Source of the DNA: Bugula neritina
Taxonomy: Eukaryota > Animalia > Bryozoa
Length of the DNA: 64,000 nucleotides
Assembly: GCA_964035545.1 (NCBI GenBank)
Contig: OZ037771.1
Location: 5,427,190 to 5,491,189, forward strand
Reading direction: 5' to 3'
The notes under the pieces: model-generated
What the model saw: only the letters and a program-made list of their open reading frames with translations
Databases searched by the model: none
Told to the model about the DNA's origin: nothing
Shown: positions 36,901 through 59,100 of the stretch, piece after piece
How the letters are laid out: the number at the start of each line of letters is the position of its first letter
Position numbering within the stretch: position 1 is the first letter of the stretch
Translations under genes and position numbers: made by a program

Positions 36901-39302
36901 ATAGCACACTATCACAGTCACTGAGCTGCAATGACAGTGGCTACACCAAACTCGTCAGTTCTATTATATTATCTTATGTAAGGCACGTCAAAACAATATA
37001 GACCCACATGCAAGGCACTACATGCTAATACTCATTTTTATACAAAATTTCTACATTATCTATTGCTAATAGCTGTGCATTTAAATCCAATGCAGATGAA
37101 TATGTGACAGAGTAAAAAGCTACTGTTTTACAAATTTAAAATAAAATAATAGTGCGGGTACACAAGCAAATAATTTATAGTTAGCGTAGGCTAATGCATT
37201 TGTAATGTGCATGTTAAACAACTTTTTTATAATTTATTACATTAGACTATGAGAATGTATTTAGTAGTATGTATTGATTTAAAACTAAATCATGAAATGA
37301 TTATCATTATTGCAACCTCTGTGCTTGGTAGACAGGATAGAGAGGGGTGGTGTGACTGCTGTAACTGTGCTACTGCTCTACATACTAACAGAGACTAGGC
37401 TAGTGTTTTGACGTGCCTTACATACTGTCATTGCAGCTCAGTGACTGTGATAGTGTGCTATGCTCTCACTACTGCTTTACAATACAACCAAGTAACAGCA
37501 CTGGTTGATTTGATGTTCTAAGGCCTCAGCAATGTCTACCTTTGATGAAATCACCCTCAGTTTTAACTGCCAACATAGTTGATTATAACAAAACTAAGTC
37601 AGAATACTGGCATAGCAAAGTAAGCCAAAACAGATTTCGTAATACTAATAATTTCCCTATACACTGTTGTTGTAGATGACTGCAGCAGGAACAGACTATA
37701 AAACTCAACCCAAAAGGGGTGTGTGCCAACTCTAAAATATCACCATTATAGCTTAAATAAAACTCTACATTTTCAAATGCAAATGCATTATTAGGCCAAT
37801 CAGATACAAACATCAACTTATCGTGTAAAATTCTGCCAATCAGAATTGTTTAAAAGCTGCCAAGCTTCAAGTCTACCCAACTGCCAAAAACAACCAGCTC
37901 ATTCACCACTATGTCAATAAAAAAACCATTAAATGTGTTTGCCAAAACAGCTGGGGTTGTGATCAAACTGCACCAGGGTATTTGTGCAAGAATAAAAATT
38001 TTAATTGCATTTTTTGAGCACTTAATTTAAACATTTTGAAAAATGAACTCATGGTTCATAAATTTAAGATATGAAATAAAATAATGCATGTAATAAAAGT
38101 TGCACAGCTATTTTCTAAAAGTATGCATTTTGCATTTGAACTTGCAGAAGTTTATATAAGTTATAGTGGTGAGTATTCTAGAGTTGGTACAAGGTACTAA
38201 ATGTACCAACTTTACATCGTCTATTATAACCCATTTGCGCGCGAAATATTTATGTAATGATAGTTACTCATATAGTGCGCGTGTCATTAACGATAAAAGC
38301 GTGGTCCAGAGGTTAGATGCGTCAGTGACGAGTTGGGTGGTCATGGTTCAACCCTGTTTTGTTGCAATTTTTTTTGTCAACTTATGCAAATCCTACGCAT
38401 GTATAATAAATATGGCTATAATTGTAAAGTTTTTTTTAAATTTTGTTCAACAGTAAGACAACATACATGCATAATAATTAGATACTGAACACTGGACTAA
38501 ACCTTAAATTGATCTTATAGAATACAATGTACTTAAAATAATTATATGTGAATTAGAGAAACTGAAAGTACACCTGCTGCGCTATAGACAGACATTTACT
38601 GACAAGACTGTAAAGTGAAGTGATTTAGCTGAAATTAACTTTGCCAAACAAACAAAGAATTATGTTGTGCTGAGGCATTTTCAATATATTATTGTAACAT
38701 AGTGAGATGATTCAGCTGAGTGCTAAAGTAAAACAGGGAGCATTATATTGGCAGAAATCCAATAGATTGCCAATTTGTGCGAGAGGGTACTATATGTTAT
38801 TGTGATAGCGCAGAGCGGCAAACTACTAGGAATGTTATAATTAGTCACAGGAGCGTAGCTAGAACCACCATATGAAGAATTTAGAAAATTGCAGTGAAAC
38901 TTGCAAAATGGTGTGTTTTTACCAAATTGTGAAGAGCATAAACAGAATTTCAAAAAACAAAGAAAGTATATTAGAGAAAACATATCAAGGAATGTCAAGT
39001 TTAACATTTAAACTTTGTAAAATGAATCCCCTGTGCTACAGCAGTGGAACATGGAGGGTGTAAAATTTTACTTATTATGCAACAACTTTCTCAGAAAATT
39101 TTTTATTGAAAAATTAAAAAAGTATATGAAAGAGGAATGCAAGAGCTATCTTTTCATGTAAAATTTATTAATGTGAGACAAAAACTGTTCGAGCTATCTC
39201 CTGGAAACTGTTTATATATAACATAAAGCAGTGCCTGAATCTGGAAAGTAATGACCTTAAACCAACTGTGTGTGCTTTAGAAGAAACATTCGTTTCTTTT
39301 AA

Positions 39303-39357
<55 letters not shown>

Positions 39358-40001
39358 CAATCTGTGCTGTTTCGGAGTTTGTCCCCTCATCAGCACAGAA
39401 CAGAGTACCATAGCCCACACCTTCGCAATAGTAGAAATTTATGTTTCTACTAAAGCATATTTAAAAGGTGTGTAAACTCAAGCCAGAGAGCTCAAGTGAC
39501 TCTAGGGGTCACCTAGGAGTCACGAGCCTTGCAAAATGCTAGCAGCTTGAGTTTGTAACCATGGTGAGAGAGCTCAATCACTGAATGTCATTGCTGAGCA
39601 TTAAGTGAGAGCATGATATATATATGGAAGGAAAAGCAATGGTTGTATCACAATTACCAAGTGCTCTTAAACTCTTCAGCCAACTTCTTCACTGAATCGA
39701 CATCAGACATCTCACATATCATGTAGTAGATGTCAGCATCTGGTACTGCTGACTTTACCTCACTGTATGCAATATAAATATCACCATTTATCGTTAATAG
39801 TGGACAGTGATGCAGAAACAATAAATTGAAACTATTGTCACTGATTGAGCTGTATAGTTACCTTAAACAGTGAGCCCCTTTTTCATCTGATCTTACTGTA
39901 GCCACAATTTTATGCCCTCTTCCACACAAAATTTTACATGCTTCCAGGCCAATACCGGAGTTACCGCCGGTCAGTAGCATCAGTTTCTTGTCTTCAGACA
40001 T
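30926..40001 (-). CDS. Short-chain dehydrogenase/reductase, RDH12/WWOX-like, copy A (306 aa)
   Basis: Exons 39862-40001, 39658-39762, 34284-34467, 33698-33838, 32135-32265, 30926-31145. Rossmann TGGNSGIG, LDVLINNAG, FATNAIG, RIVMVNS, catalytic YKNSK, SMCPG..TNL. Confidence 0.93.
34629..39270. mobile_element. Old non-autonomous TIR DNA element in SDR-A intron 2
   Basis: Diverged inverted repeats at 34629-34800 and 39110-39270 (CACAGTT.GTTTAAGGTCAT...TGCTTTATGTT...GATAGCTCGAACAG...ATGAAAAGATA...ATATACTTTTTTA). The region is absent from the 337-bp paralogous intron of SDR-B. Confidence 0.65.
36139..38227. mobile_element. Foldback/MITE-like element with ~800-bp near-perfect terminal inverted repeats
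   Basis: 36139-36938 (plus 36975-36995) is the reverse complement of 37404-38227 with only a few mismatches or indels. About 410-bp non-coding spacer; possible TA TSD. Confidence 0.9.
39308..39353. repeat. (TA)n microsatellite
   Basis: Directly visible. Confidence 0.95.
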
Positions 40002-40931
40002 GCTGTTTAATATTTATATTCATGTGCTACAATTACATATAATGCAATTGCATATGAGATATGATGCAAGTATATAAAATGCAACATTGTTTCAGGCATT
40101 TCTATACAAAGCTTTTTTTCACTCTTTGGTGTTATACATGACTGCATGTAGTCTAATAGAGAATTTTTATGAGATGCTAAAATAAATATAAATATGCTAG
40201 AGCAGACCGAAATGCTTGCTGATGTGTTTTTGATAGTGTGAGGTAAGTTTATTTACTCTGTGTAAACTTTACATACCTTAGCACTGTTACTTACACTCCC
40301 TGACGTTTACTTACTCTCTCCAAGTTGTACTTACCTTCTTGAAGCTTTAGCCTAGCTGTTCACACTGCTTTCTACAACCACTTACTTTTTATAACATCAA
40401 AGTCTACAGACAGTTTTAAACACAATGACTGCGTGCAGTTTTTTTACTCTCAGGAGCAGTATTGATGCTGCAAAAGTAAAACAATACTTCCTTTCAGCTT
40501 TTGTTATGGCTGAATTGCAATCATAGCAAAAGTTCAATGCATTTGATTGGACATTTGACGATTTGACTAATAGGTATTGTTCAGAGTGTCAAATCTACCT
40601 GGAATGAAAGAGTGATCGGTATTTTAATTTAGAACTATTTTAAACTGAATTGATCAGCTGAGCTTACACACTAATAACTATAGTTGTAAATAAACTACAG
40701 ATCCACATTCTTAGCCATACAGCAAAAGCTATTGACTTATAAACTCTATGCCAACCGATGCATCATAATAAATTCATAAGAATTTTAAAAATAATAATAT
40801 GGTTTAGTGTGTAGTGCCAGTACTTCTACTACAGCTGTTACTACCAACTCTAATAATTGTTGACAATATTATCCATCACTTGCTCGCCAGCGTTCTTGTG
40901 CACTTATTATCCTATGCTGCCTATATAGAGT

Positions 40932-41710
<779 letters not shown>

Positions 41711-41820
41711 CTTAGCTGGACACTGAAGTCTAAACTCTAAAGCTACTGTAAAACTATTTTAAGGTATTCAAAATTTTAGCTGTGTGAATTTACAGTATGA
41801 TATGTATTCTGCAGTCTGCA

Positions 41821-41916
41821 GTCTGTATGCCAGCCATCAATGCCTGCAGCAGAGCTCCAGAAGTCTCAACATCTCCGGAGTCAGCACTCTTTTAGTAAAA
41901 GTGCTGCCAATTTTTA
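41821..41916 (+). pseudogene. Duplicated, frameshifted 3' fragment of the tetraspan gene's last exon (duplication breakpoint)
   Basis: Homologous to 28703-28800; homology continues through the 3'UTR and the SDR gene. Confidence 0.85.
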
Positions 41917-44221
41917 ACTTCTTGCATCGTTGTTATGTTTGCATTTCAGTCTGCTGACATTTTACCACTGGCAATGATTTAATTTATTTCATATAACTAT
42001 AGATAAAGCAAATTAAAACATTCCATTTGTACAATATTATTGTTTAGGGAGTTTTTGTGTCGGTTTGGATGTCTTTCTGTGTGTCTGCCGTATACACAAG
42101 GTTACACTCTTGGCAAGCTTTCACATATAACTTAGTATAAAGTTTTACATTCACTCTGTTGTTTTTTTGCATTATATGCACTGCATTCCATTAGCTTACA
42201 TATAGTTTACAGTATATACATTTATATATTGTTTTATCTGGTTTTATATTCATGTTATAATACAACCAACGAAAAAACTGAAAAATAACATTTTAAAGTT
42301 TAAACTTTATAGTTTTAAACTACCTTTTTTAGTTGGAATATAAAAGCAAATACCATAGTTTTATGCATTATTGAACTTTTCAAGTCACAATTTGTAGAAT
42401 TTCCAATCTACTGCTATAGATAATTTTTGATAATCTAAATTTGAAGTTTAAAATTGAAAGGGTAGAAATCTTTTGATTTAAAAAGCTGCTTAGATTAATA
42501 TAGTCCCAGGGTTTTCCTGCTGAATTCCAAATAAAATTTTGTAGGTCATAAAAGATGAAATTTCTCTGAAGACAACTGGTGAATGTTACTATAATTATTA
42601 CCTGAGCCCTTCATAGTGAGTTTTTTAAAAGTACGATTTACTTTTATTATAGCGCAACTCAGAAAAGGGGCTTGAACAAATCTATCAAACATTGAAATAT
42701 GTTTTTATTTTTAGCTTTCCTTGCCTAAATAGATTTAGGACTTAGGTTGACATTGATATGTTTTATATCAATCATCATAGCATTTTACTTTAATTAAACA
42801 TTCCATTAGCACATTAACATATCTTCTATATACTTATAATTTTTACTAATATATAGATAATGTATTAAAGTAATTGCACGTGTGCAATATGTCAATGTAG
42901 CTGATTTGATGACAATCTGTGTGTTTTGTCATGTCAACACTCTTATTGTAATACTGCTGTTAAGATGCCGCTTTACTTGAAATATTATAGTGATTGAATT
43001 CGGTCACTGCTTTTAGGAGCATCTTTTATAACTACTTTCATCTTTTCATTGTTGAAGTATTTAAGGTGAATCCACGGAACTGTTTGTACAAAGTTATTGA
43101 GATTGAATTAGAGCAAGGTCTCTCTACAGTGTTGACTGTTCAACACTTATGTCACAAATTTCTAAACATGTGTCAATTTTGAAATTAAGCGAATTCATTT
43201 TCCAAGATGATGTAGCAAAAAAGCTTATAGCAAAATCTTAGATTATGAGATTGACGACTTGCAATAAATTGAACTTGGAAATGAATGAAAAACATATTGT
43301 CAACAGTTTGTCTTTATAACTGAAGCTTTAGACATTATTTTGAGGCAGTAGAAAACTGATTTCAACAGAAAAATACTAAAATTTATTCTGTCTAGTGGTT
43401 ACTATCTACCTGAACGCTATATCTTATTTTTATAAATGATCTCCATGCTTTATATTAAACAAGCAACACAGAGTTAAGTATGTAGTAGCAAGTAGCATAT
43501 AAAACATACAAATCGATAGGCTAAAAATATGATCATCGTCTTCTCACAACACTATAAATTGAAGTAATTTGAGCCACATTTTGCTATCTTGCCTACTGTC
43601 AACATAATGTTGGCTTCGCTCAATAGACATGCATTTAATAACTTTTACTTTAAGAAAGTTATTTGGAGTTGTCCTGTATTTACAGGAGCAACAAGTTGAA
43701 ATTGTGGAGTATGACAAAATATTATATTATCAAGAAATAAATGAAGCACAGGTTAAGTTGAGATTATATTATTTTATTCTCAGCTATATTGAAAAATACT
43801 GAAGATTAAGTAACTGCATAACAAAATTTTGAAAATTCTAATTCACACATGAATAAACTTTAGGGAACATTCAATCTTCATATTAGATGTTGAATAAAAT
43901 TCCTCTAAAAGTAAAATTTCAGGTTCATTAAATGTGCGTATTCATTATATTAAATTTCATTTGTGCTGCAAATTTCGAACATTCCTAATAAAGAAGACAA
44001 CTTTTAATTTCATATAAATAAAATTTCATATAAAAGTTCCCCATCACCACAACTCCAATTGTATGAATAATAAAAGGTTAAATACATGCTAAAAGTGTTT
44101 ATGTGCAAATGTTCAATATTATAATTACACTATGATGTAACACATATCATCAGTTTCTTTATATTTATATAACTATATAACACCCGATTTTTATTCAGTG
44201 AGAAAATTTAAAGCTTTTAGT

Positions 44222-52491
<8,270 letters not shown>

Positions 52492-54201
52492 GTCGTTTGA
52501 GGTTTATATTTATCTGCTACAACAATATATAACGCAGTTATATAAATTATAATGTAATACAATAATATATTATAAAATGTAATACAATTATATATATGTA
52601 GTATAATTTTATTTACTACAAATATATGATGTAATACAACTATATATTATAATGCAGCTATATAATATAAGCCAACTATAATACATGCTACTATTTTTCA
52701 AGCACCCGTACAAAGTTTTTTGCTTTTTATTATTATATAATATGATTTTATTTAAAATTTTAAGCATATTATAATTAGAGAATATTCATGAAATGCTATA
52801 ATAGATATACATATGCAGGAGCTTACTGAGATACCTGCTGATGAGTTTGTAATAGTGTGAGGTAAGTTTATTTATTCTGTCTGACTTTCACATACACTTT
52901 GACCTGTATTTACACTCTGACCTTCACATGCACTCTGACCTCTACATGCACTTTGACCTTCACATGCACTCTGATCTCTACATGCACCCTAACCTTCACA
53001 TACACTTTGACCAGTACTTACTCTCTCTGAGCTGTTTTCACTTTCCTTGAGCTCCTGGCTTAGCTGTTCACACTGTTTGCTATAATGACCTACTTCATAA
53101 TTTCAAAATCTAAAGACAATTTTCAAACACAATGACTGTGCAGTTTTTTTACTCTCAGGAGCAGTATTGATGCTGCAAAAATAAAACAATACTTCCTTTC
53201 AGCCTTCCTGGCTGAACTGCAGTCATAACAAAGGTTTAATGCATTGAATACAATACCCTTTTCTAGTGCATTTCATTGGACACGATACACATGATTAGTA
53301 TTGAGCATACCAGAGGTCACAATGTATGATGGGAATTAGAACTATATTATAAAATGAATTGAGCCGCTGAATTTACACGTACTGATTGGTAGTTGTATAA
53401 CTAAATCCATATCTAACGCCATACAACAACTCTGTGAACTTAGCTGTAACTCATCTACTCTACATACTGATGCATTATATTCAATCTATAGACAATAAAT
53501 ACAGTAGCATAGTTTACTTTATAGTTGTAAGGCTTTCAATACAACTGTTAGCACAAGATCTACTGATCTAGATTTTACATGTGCTACCTATATAGAATAT
53601 ATTACAAAACTATTATAATATCATAATGTAGGACAATAATCTAATATATGTGCGTCATAGCCAGATATGGATCTTATCGTTGTTTTGATTGTTAATACAT
53701 TATTATTAGAGTTATGCTAAAAACCTATACTGCATAACTTTGATATAACAAATTGTGATAATTATAGACTGGATTTCACAATCCAAATACGTTTATTACT
53801 TCTTATAGTTAGCATCAATGAAATTAGTCAACTTGCAAAATTTTTTCTATCCTGTAGCAGTATAATCATGTAAATACAACTTTTTGCGCTTTTTTTATAT
53901 AATTACAACGAGGAATAAATAAAACTCAACAAAAAGCATGTGAAACAGATTAATCTGCAAACAGAATTGTCTATTAAATATAACAAAACACATATATAAT
54001 ATAATAGCACTCAGAATAGATCAGCTTTAATAAAGTAAAAATTCAACTTGAATAATACTAAAAAATTGGCCTATGGAGCATATGACCATTTAAACCCTTA
54101 TTTGTTTGCAAGAGGAAAACTGAACACACAAGTAGATAAAATACTGCAACAGTCTGTTAAAGTTATAAGCCTTAGTCAGCGCTCAAACAAGCACACCCAC
54201 C

Positions 54202-55960
54202 CAGGGATGTAGTGGCAAAAATATTCTAGGCCATACTCTCAGGCCGGGGGTCCAGGGGGCCGCCCAGGCCCCCGGCGGGGTCCGGGGCAGCGCCCCGGCC
54301 GCCGAAGCCCTCAGAGCTCTTCTGATGCAAATTTATGCAGTTTAAAGCCATTGTGAATTCTAATTCTTCTGAAAAAAATCTGTGTTGAAATGTGCACCTC
54401 ACTATTATTTTCATACCATACCAGCTACATGACGACTGGGCATTGCTGCAAACTATATAAATATTCAGTATTGCCCCATACTTGTTGAGTGTAATTTTAA
54501 ATGTAGTCTTACTCAACTGCAGTTAGGTTTGTTCTGGCATGCATCAAGTCCAAACTGTACAGAAAAATTGCTGAAGATCTCAAAAAGATGGAAGAATAGA
54601 GGCAGGTAACAAGTGCTCTCCAAATGCAACCTGATTATTTTAATAATAACTAATAGACTGACGTGCCCAGAAAAAGAATAACAGATCAGAAGAGAAGCAG
54701 ATTGCAAATCAGAAAATGTGTGTTGGTTATTTATAACGAGCAATTTGAATTGATAACTCATTGGCAAGCAGAAATTGGTTAAAAACCTAATTGGAGTTTA
54801 TTAGAGTATTAGTCTAATCCATAAGGAGATACCACCACACCTTCTAACACACAATAAAGCACACCCAAGAAGAGTATGTTAACTTGGTTTTAAAATAAAA
54901 CCCCTGAACTTACACTAGACACATAAAGGAAACATACCCCAAATGAAAAAATTTGACAGGTTTAATATGTGTTAACCTAGAAGATGATTAAATATAAAGC
55001 CAGATGTTAGTTAGTACAATCAAACATAAAAGGTTACTTATGGTGGTGTACAGTTTGCAAAACCTCATTGCATTGATAATTAATATGCAATAACGCTAGG
55101 TTTTTGAGCAAAATGTGGACATAGTACCTGTAGACCTCAGTGATCAATTTCCGTTAACCTCTCCTACACAACTGGTACTGTTTCTTGAAGACATTTTGAT
55201 TTTATTTTTGGATTTCATGTTGGTTTTTTTAAATTCCATTGCTTATTGACAAAATACAAGTCCACACAAGATAGATAAGGGCAACTTTCTAGCTGTCACT
55301 GCCTATAACTGTGCTAGAATAAAAATTTAAAAATCATGTTGTAGATCTTCCTGTTCCTCAGAGCACCTGCTTTTTCGAGTTTTCAATACTTTTTTTGCAA
55401 AGTTATAAACAAAAAACTACCCATTTTGGCCAATTTTATCTGAAAAGTTTATTTTTCAAAATCTGCCAAATATCTCAGCAGGAAAGTATGGTATTGGAAT
55501 AAAACAAACACTGTCGGAAACCTGATAAATTTATGCATAGCAAGTTTTTTGATCCTTTCAATAGCCCTCATAGATTTTTTACAAATTAGTGATTTACACA
55601 CTGAAATGAAATATTTTTGCCTAAGTAATCACCAATGCACAGCACGTCGCGCTTCAGTGAAAACGTAGCCTAAAGATGAGAAGACTGAATGTTGATAGCT
55701 CTTATTATTCATAGTGTAATCTCAGGCTAAACAATCACAAGTAGGCAACACGCATGCTACCCACATAGCATCAACATAACAGGAACTTAAACTAGATTGT
55801 GAGCGAAATTTATGATATTCTCAGTGAGAATGCCCAAACTATCCTGTGCACTAATCATCTTTCAAAAATATTATGCCCATACGGGCGTATGGCCTAGAAC
55901 AGTCTATTTTCTTCTAGGCCATACGGCGTATGGGACCGTATGGGTACCACTACATCCCTG
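54202..55960. mobile_element. Non-autonomous hAT-superfamily DNA transposon (1759 bp)
   Basis: 14-bp perfect TIR CAGGGATGTAGTGG/CCACTACATCCCTG and 8-bp TSD CACCCACC (54194-54201, 55961-55968). Subterminal TAGGCCATAC motifs; no transposase ORF. Confidence 0.92.
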
Positions 55961-56165
55961 CACCCACCCACCTGGGGAAAAAGTATTTCTATACTAATAT
56001 ACATTTTTATTAATCTTTGGACAGGCATAGAGCCTTTCTGAACAATAGTGTACATTGTAAAACTACAGAAAATAATGCATAACATTTGCAACATGAACTT
56101 TGATAAACATATCCAAATATTAGCCTTAAAAGTGTATATACAAAAATGTATTATGCTTTCTAAGT

Positions 56166-59100
56166 TCATACTTGATGATGCCATAAAAGTTTAGATTTTT
56201 TCTCATTGAAAACGTTACCCTCCCTGTAGTAATTATTATCGCTCAACAAATTAGAAGAAAGTGAACTTGCATTCTGTTCGAAGAAACTACGTTTGGAAAT
56301 GAAATCATAGTTTGAATCGTACACAATAATTGGAGGAATTGGCCTCTCTAGAGCTGTACAAGTAACACTATGTAAAATGTCATCGGCAGCGCTTGTATCA
56401 ACAATGGAGTAGTTTTGATCTTCTTGCTCAACATCATTTTGGGGAATCTGCCAAAGGAATAATAATACGACAGGTTATTCACACTGCTATTTGGCTTGGA
56501 GAAGTGTGCGTGTGTGTGCAGCCTAAACTTTTTCTTAAGATAAAAAACTAACATGCATATAATGTGTTGTATTTAATACAACAATGCTGTCCCGGAAACA
56601 GCAAGAGCTACACAAATGTCTCACACTCACATGCACACTGATGACATAGGCCTTGTCTAAAGAATCCGGACTGTCAATATTGTTGTCTAGGCTACATTCA
56701 CTAGAGTCTGTGTCCACACTACTCTCAGAGCCAATCATTTTAGACTGTAGTTGATCCACGTCATTTCCTCTTTGTGTTTCACTTATTTTATATTTCTGTA
56801 GAATAATACGTTCACATACTTGCTGTTTATCCCTATACTATCAAAGTCTTCTAAACGCAAGATAGTTTTAGGAATAATAATTTCTTGCTTACAAAACTAA
56901 TTATAAAGGGCCAACAAATTAATTTATTATACTTGTAGTAATTATCATTCACTTTTGAGCAGCAAAATTGTAAATCAGAAAATACAAATTCAAAACATAT
57001 CCTAAAACAATCAATATTCTTATACAAAAAATTTAAAAACCTTTTTGTTTGAACTGAAATAGCCTACCGCACTTAAATAAGTTGATTTCCAGTAAGGATT
57101 TGTATCTCACCTGGTGTAATAGTTTAGTTTTATATGCAGTGACAGACGCTGAACAAAAGATGAGAAAGAGGCTGAGTGGCAGGACGATGAGCAGCAGGTA
57201 GTTGTGAGATGACACTGACTGAACTGATATTAGGACATCGCTCTCTACACACTGACGTCTCGTGTCGCAGGCTATGACTGTCAGATTGTAGGATCCGCTA
57301 AAATCTTTAGGCAGCGTCTTTGCAAGAAGTATTGTTCCATTTGCTGAGTTTATATTAAATAACCCTTCACTACCTACAGAGCCACAACATAAATATTCAA
57401 AATTAATTATTTTTATTTTCCAATTATTGGTTTCTATAATAATTTGTCATGTGATAGCTAACAGCTTCCCAATCTTTTTCAAATAAATCAGTATGGTCAA
57501 CAAAAACTCTTTACAGACATAACAAACTACTTGCCATTATTTTCTATTAGGTAGTATGTGAGTTTGCCAATATCTTCGATGTCAAGGTCAATTGCCAAGA
57601 ATTGACCAATCACATGTCCAGAGTTTCTTTTGCTAGACACAGTGAGTATTTTATTCTGCTGAGAGGCTGGGAAGAATGGATAGTTGTCATTTATGTCTTT
57701 CACAGTTATGTGCACCTTAGCAGTAGAGTGTAGTGAAATGTTTCCATCATCTCTCACTATTGCAGTCAGCTACAATCAATAAATATGAGTCTTTTGCAAT
57801 TGATGTGTGTGTAATACATTTAGTTTGTCTTATTTTTAAAACCATTAACTATGCAAAACTTGAGTTCAACAGCAGTATGTAATAATGTACAGTTAATACA
57901 TTAAATTGATAATTTGATCTAGCTTTTTATATTACTATAATACATATTATAATTATAAAATGTATATCGATAAATGCAACATATTACTGCATTTAACTAC
58001 TAATTACTATATAACAATAATAATAATACATCATATAATTACATATTATTTCATAATTAATTTTTAAACTGTATTAACTAGCACATATTATCATATATTA
58101 GTAGGCCTACATATATTTTTTGCTGGACATATTACTTCATGCTAATATAATATATTACTTCATAATCAATATTACTGTGCAATACTGCATATTAGCATAT
58201 AAACTAACACAAACCTCATACTCAGAAATGTTTTCCCTGTCTAGTTCTCCTATAGTATAGATAACTCCAGAAGAAATATTTATACCAAAGCATTTGCTAT
58301 TGTTCTGTTCTAAACTAAACTGAAAATTTCCGCCAATGCCTCTGTCAGAGTCTGTAGCACTCAATTGACCAACAACCGTGCCACTTGGCATTGACTCTGA
58401 CACTTCAAACAGGTACTTGCTTGGTGTGAATATTGGAACGTGGTCATTGACACCTTGAATGTAGATGTGAATCTCCGCGAAGGAAGAGAGAGATGGCTCA
58501 CCTTTATCTACATAACAACAGACAACAGTGTTCATTCTTATCATAAGCATAGTTATTGTAGTCTAATGAAAAAGTGGACATGCCTCTCTTAGAGTTGTCT
58601 CATTTGCTTATAGTAGCCTATTTATCTTAGTCCCAACAGTCCACACGTTTGAAATAAAGACAATGCATGATAGCACAAATGGTAGCAAATGGTAACAGTA
58701 TCAAGCACAATGTGTTATTTCTTTAGTATTCTGTACTTTCGGCTCTAATGGCAAGTGAGAAAATGTTGATTTCGGTTGATCTTTTATTGCAAATATTCAC
58801 AGAAACTATTACTCAAGACAATTTTTTAGCTTGACATTAGATATATATTTATTTTATACTCAATTGCTTATAAGCTCTAACCATTATATTAGTCATCAAA
58901 CTTGTTGAGTAGTAAAACTCAAACATTAATTAACTAGAACTCAGGCAGAACTGAAACTGCCAGTTTTGCATATAAATGCAGCAGCATTCCAGGAATAAAG
59001 TTACAGCAGCATTGCTTAAATGACATGAAGCAAGTGTTTTAAAGTTTTTTCAAATCTTTGGCAAATAATTGAAGTATAGCGTGTAAAATCACCAAGTGCA

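Noticed and set aside
36550-37816. Twin ORFs MMFVSDWPNNAF... on opposite strands
   Set aside because: They are mirror images produced by the inverted repeat, with no recognisable domain, non-ATG starts and different ends.
56348-56630. ORF-track versions of the cadherin C-terminus (56535-56759 read-through and 56348-56554)
   Set aside because: A strong CAT|GTGAGT donor at 56631 and TTTGGCAG| acceptor at 56447 give a longer in-frame terminal exon, so these ORFs are probably intronic or off-frame.
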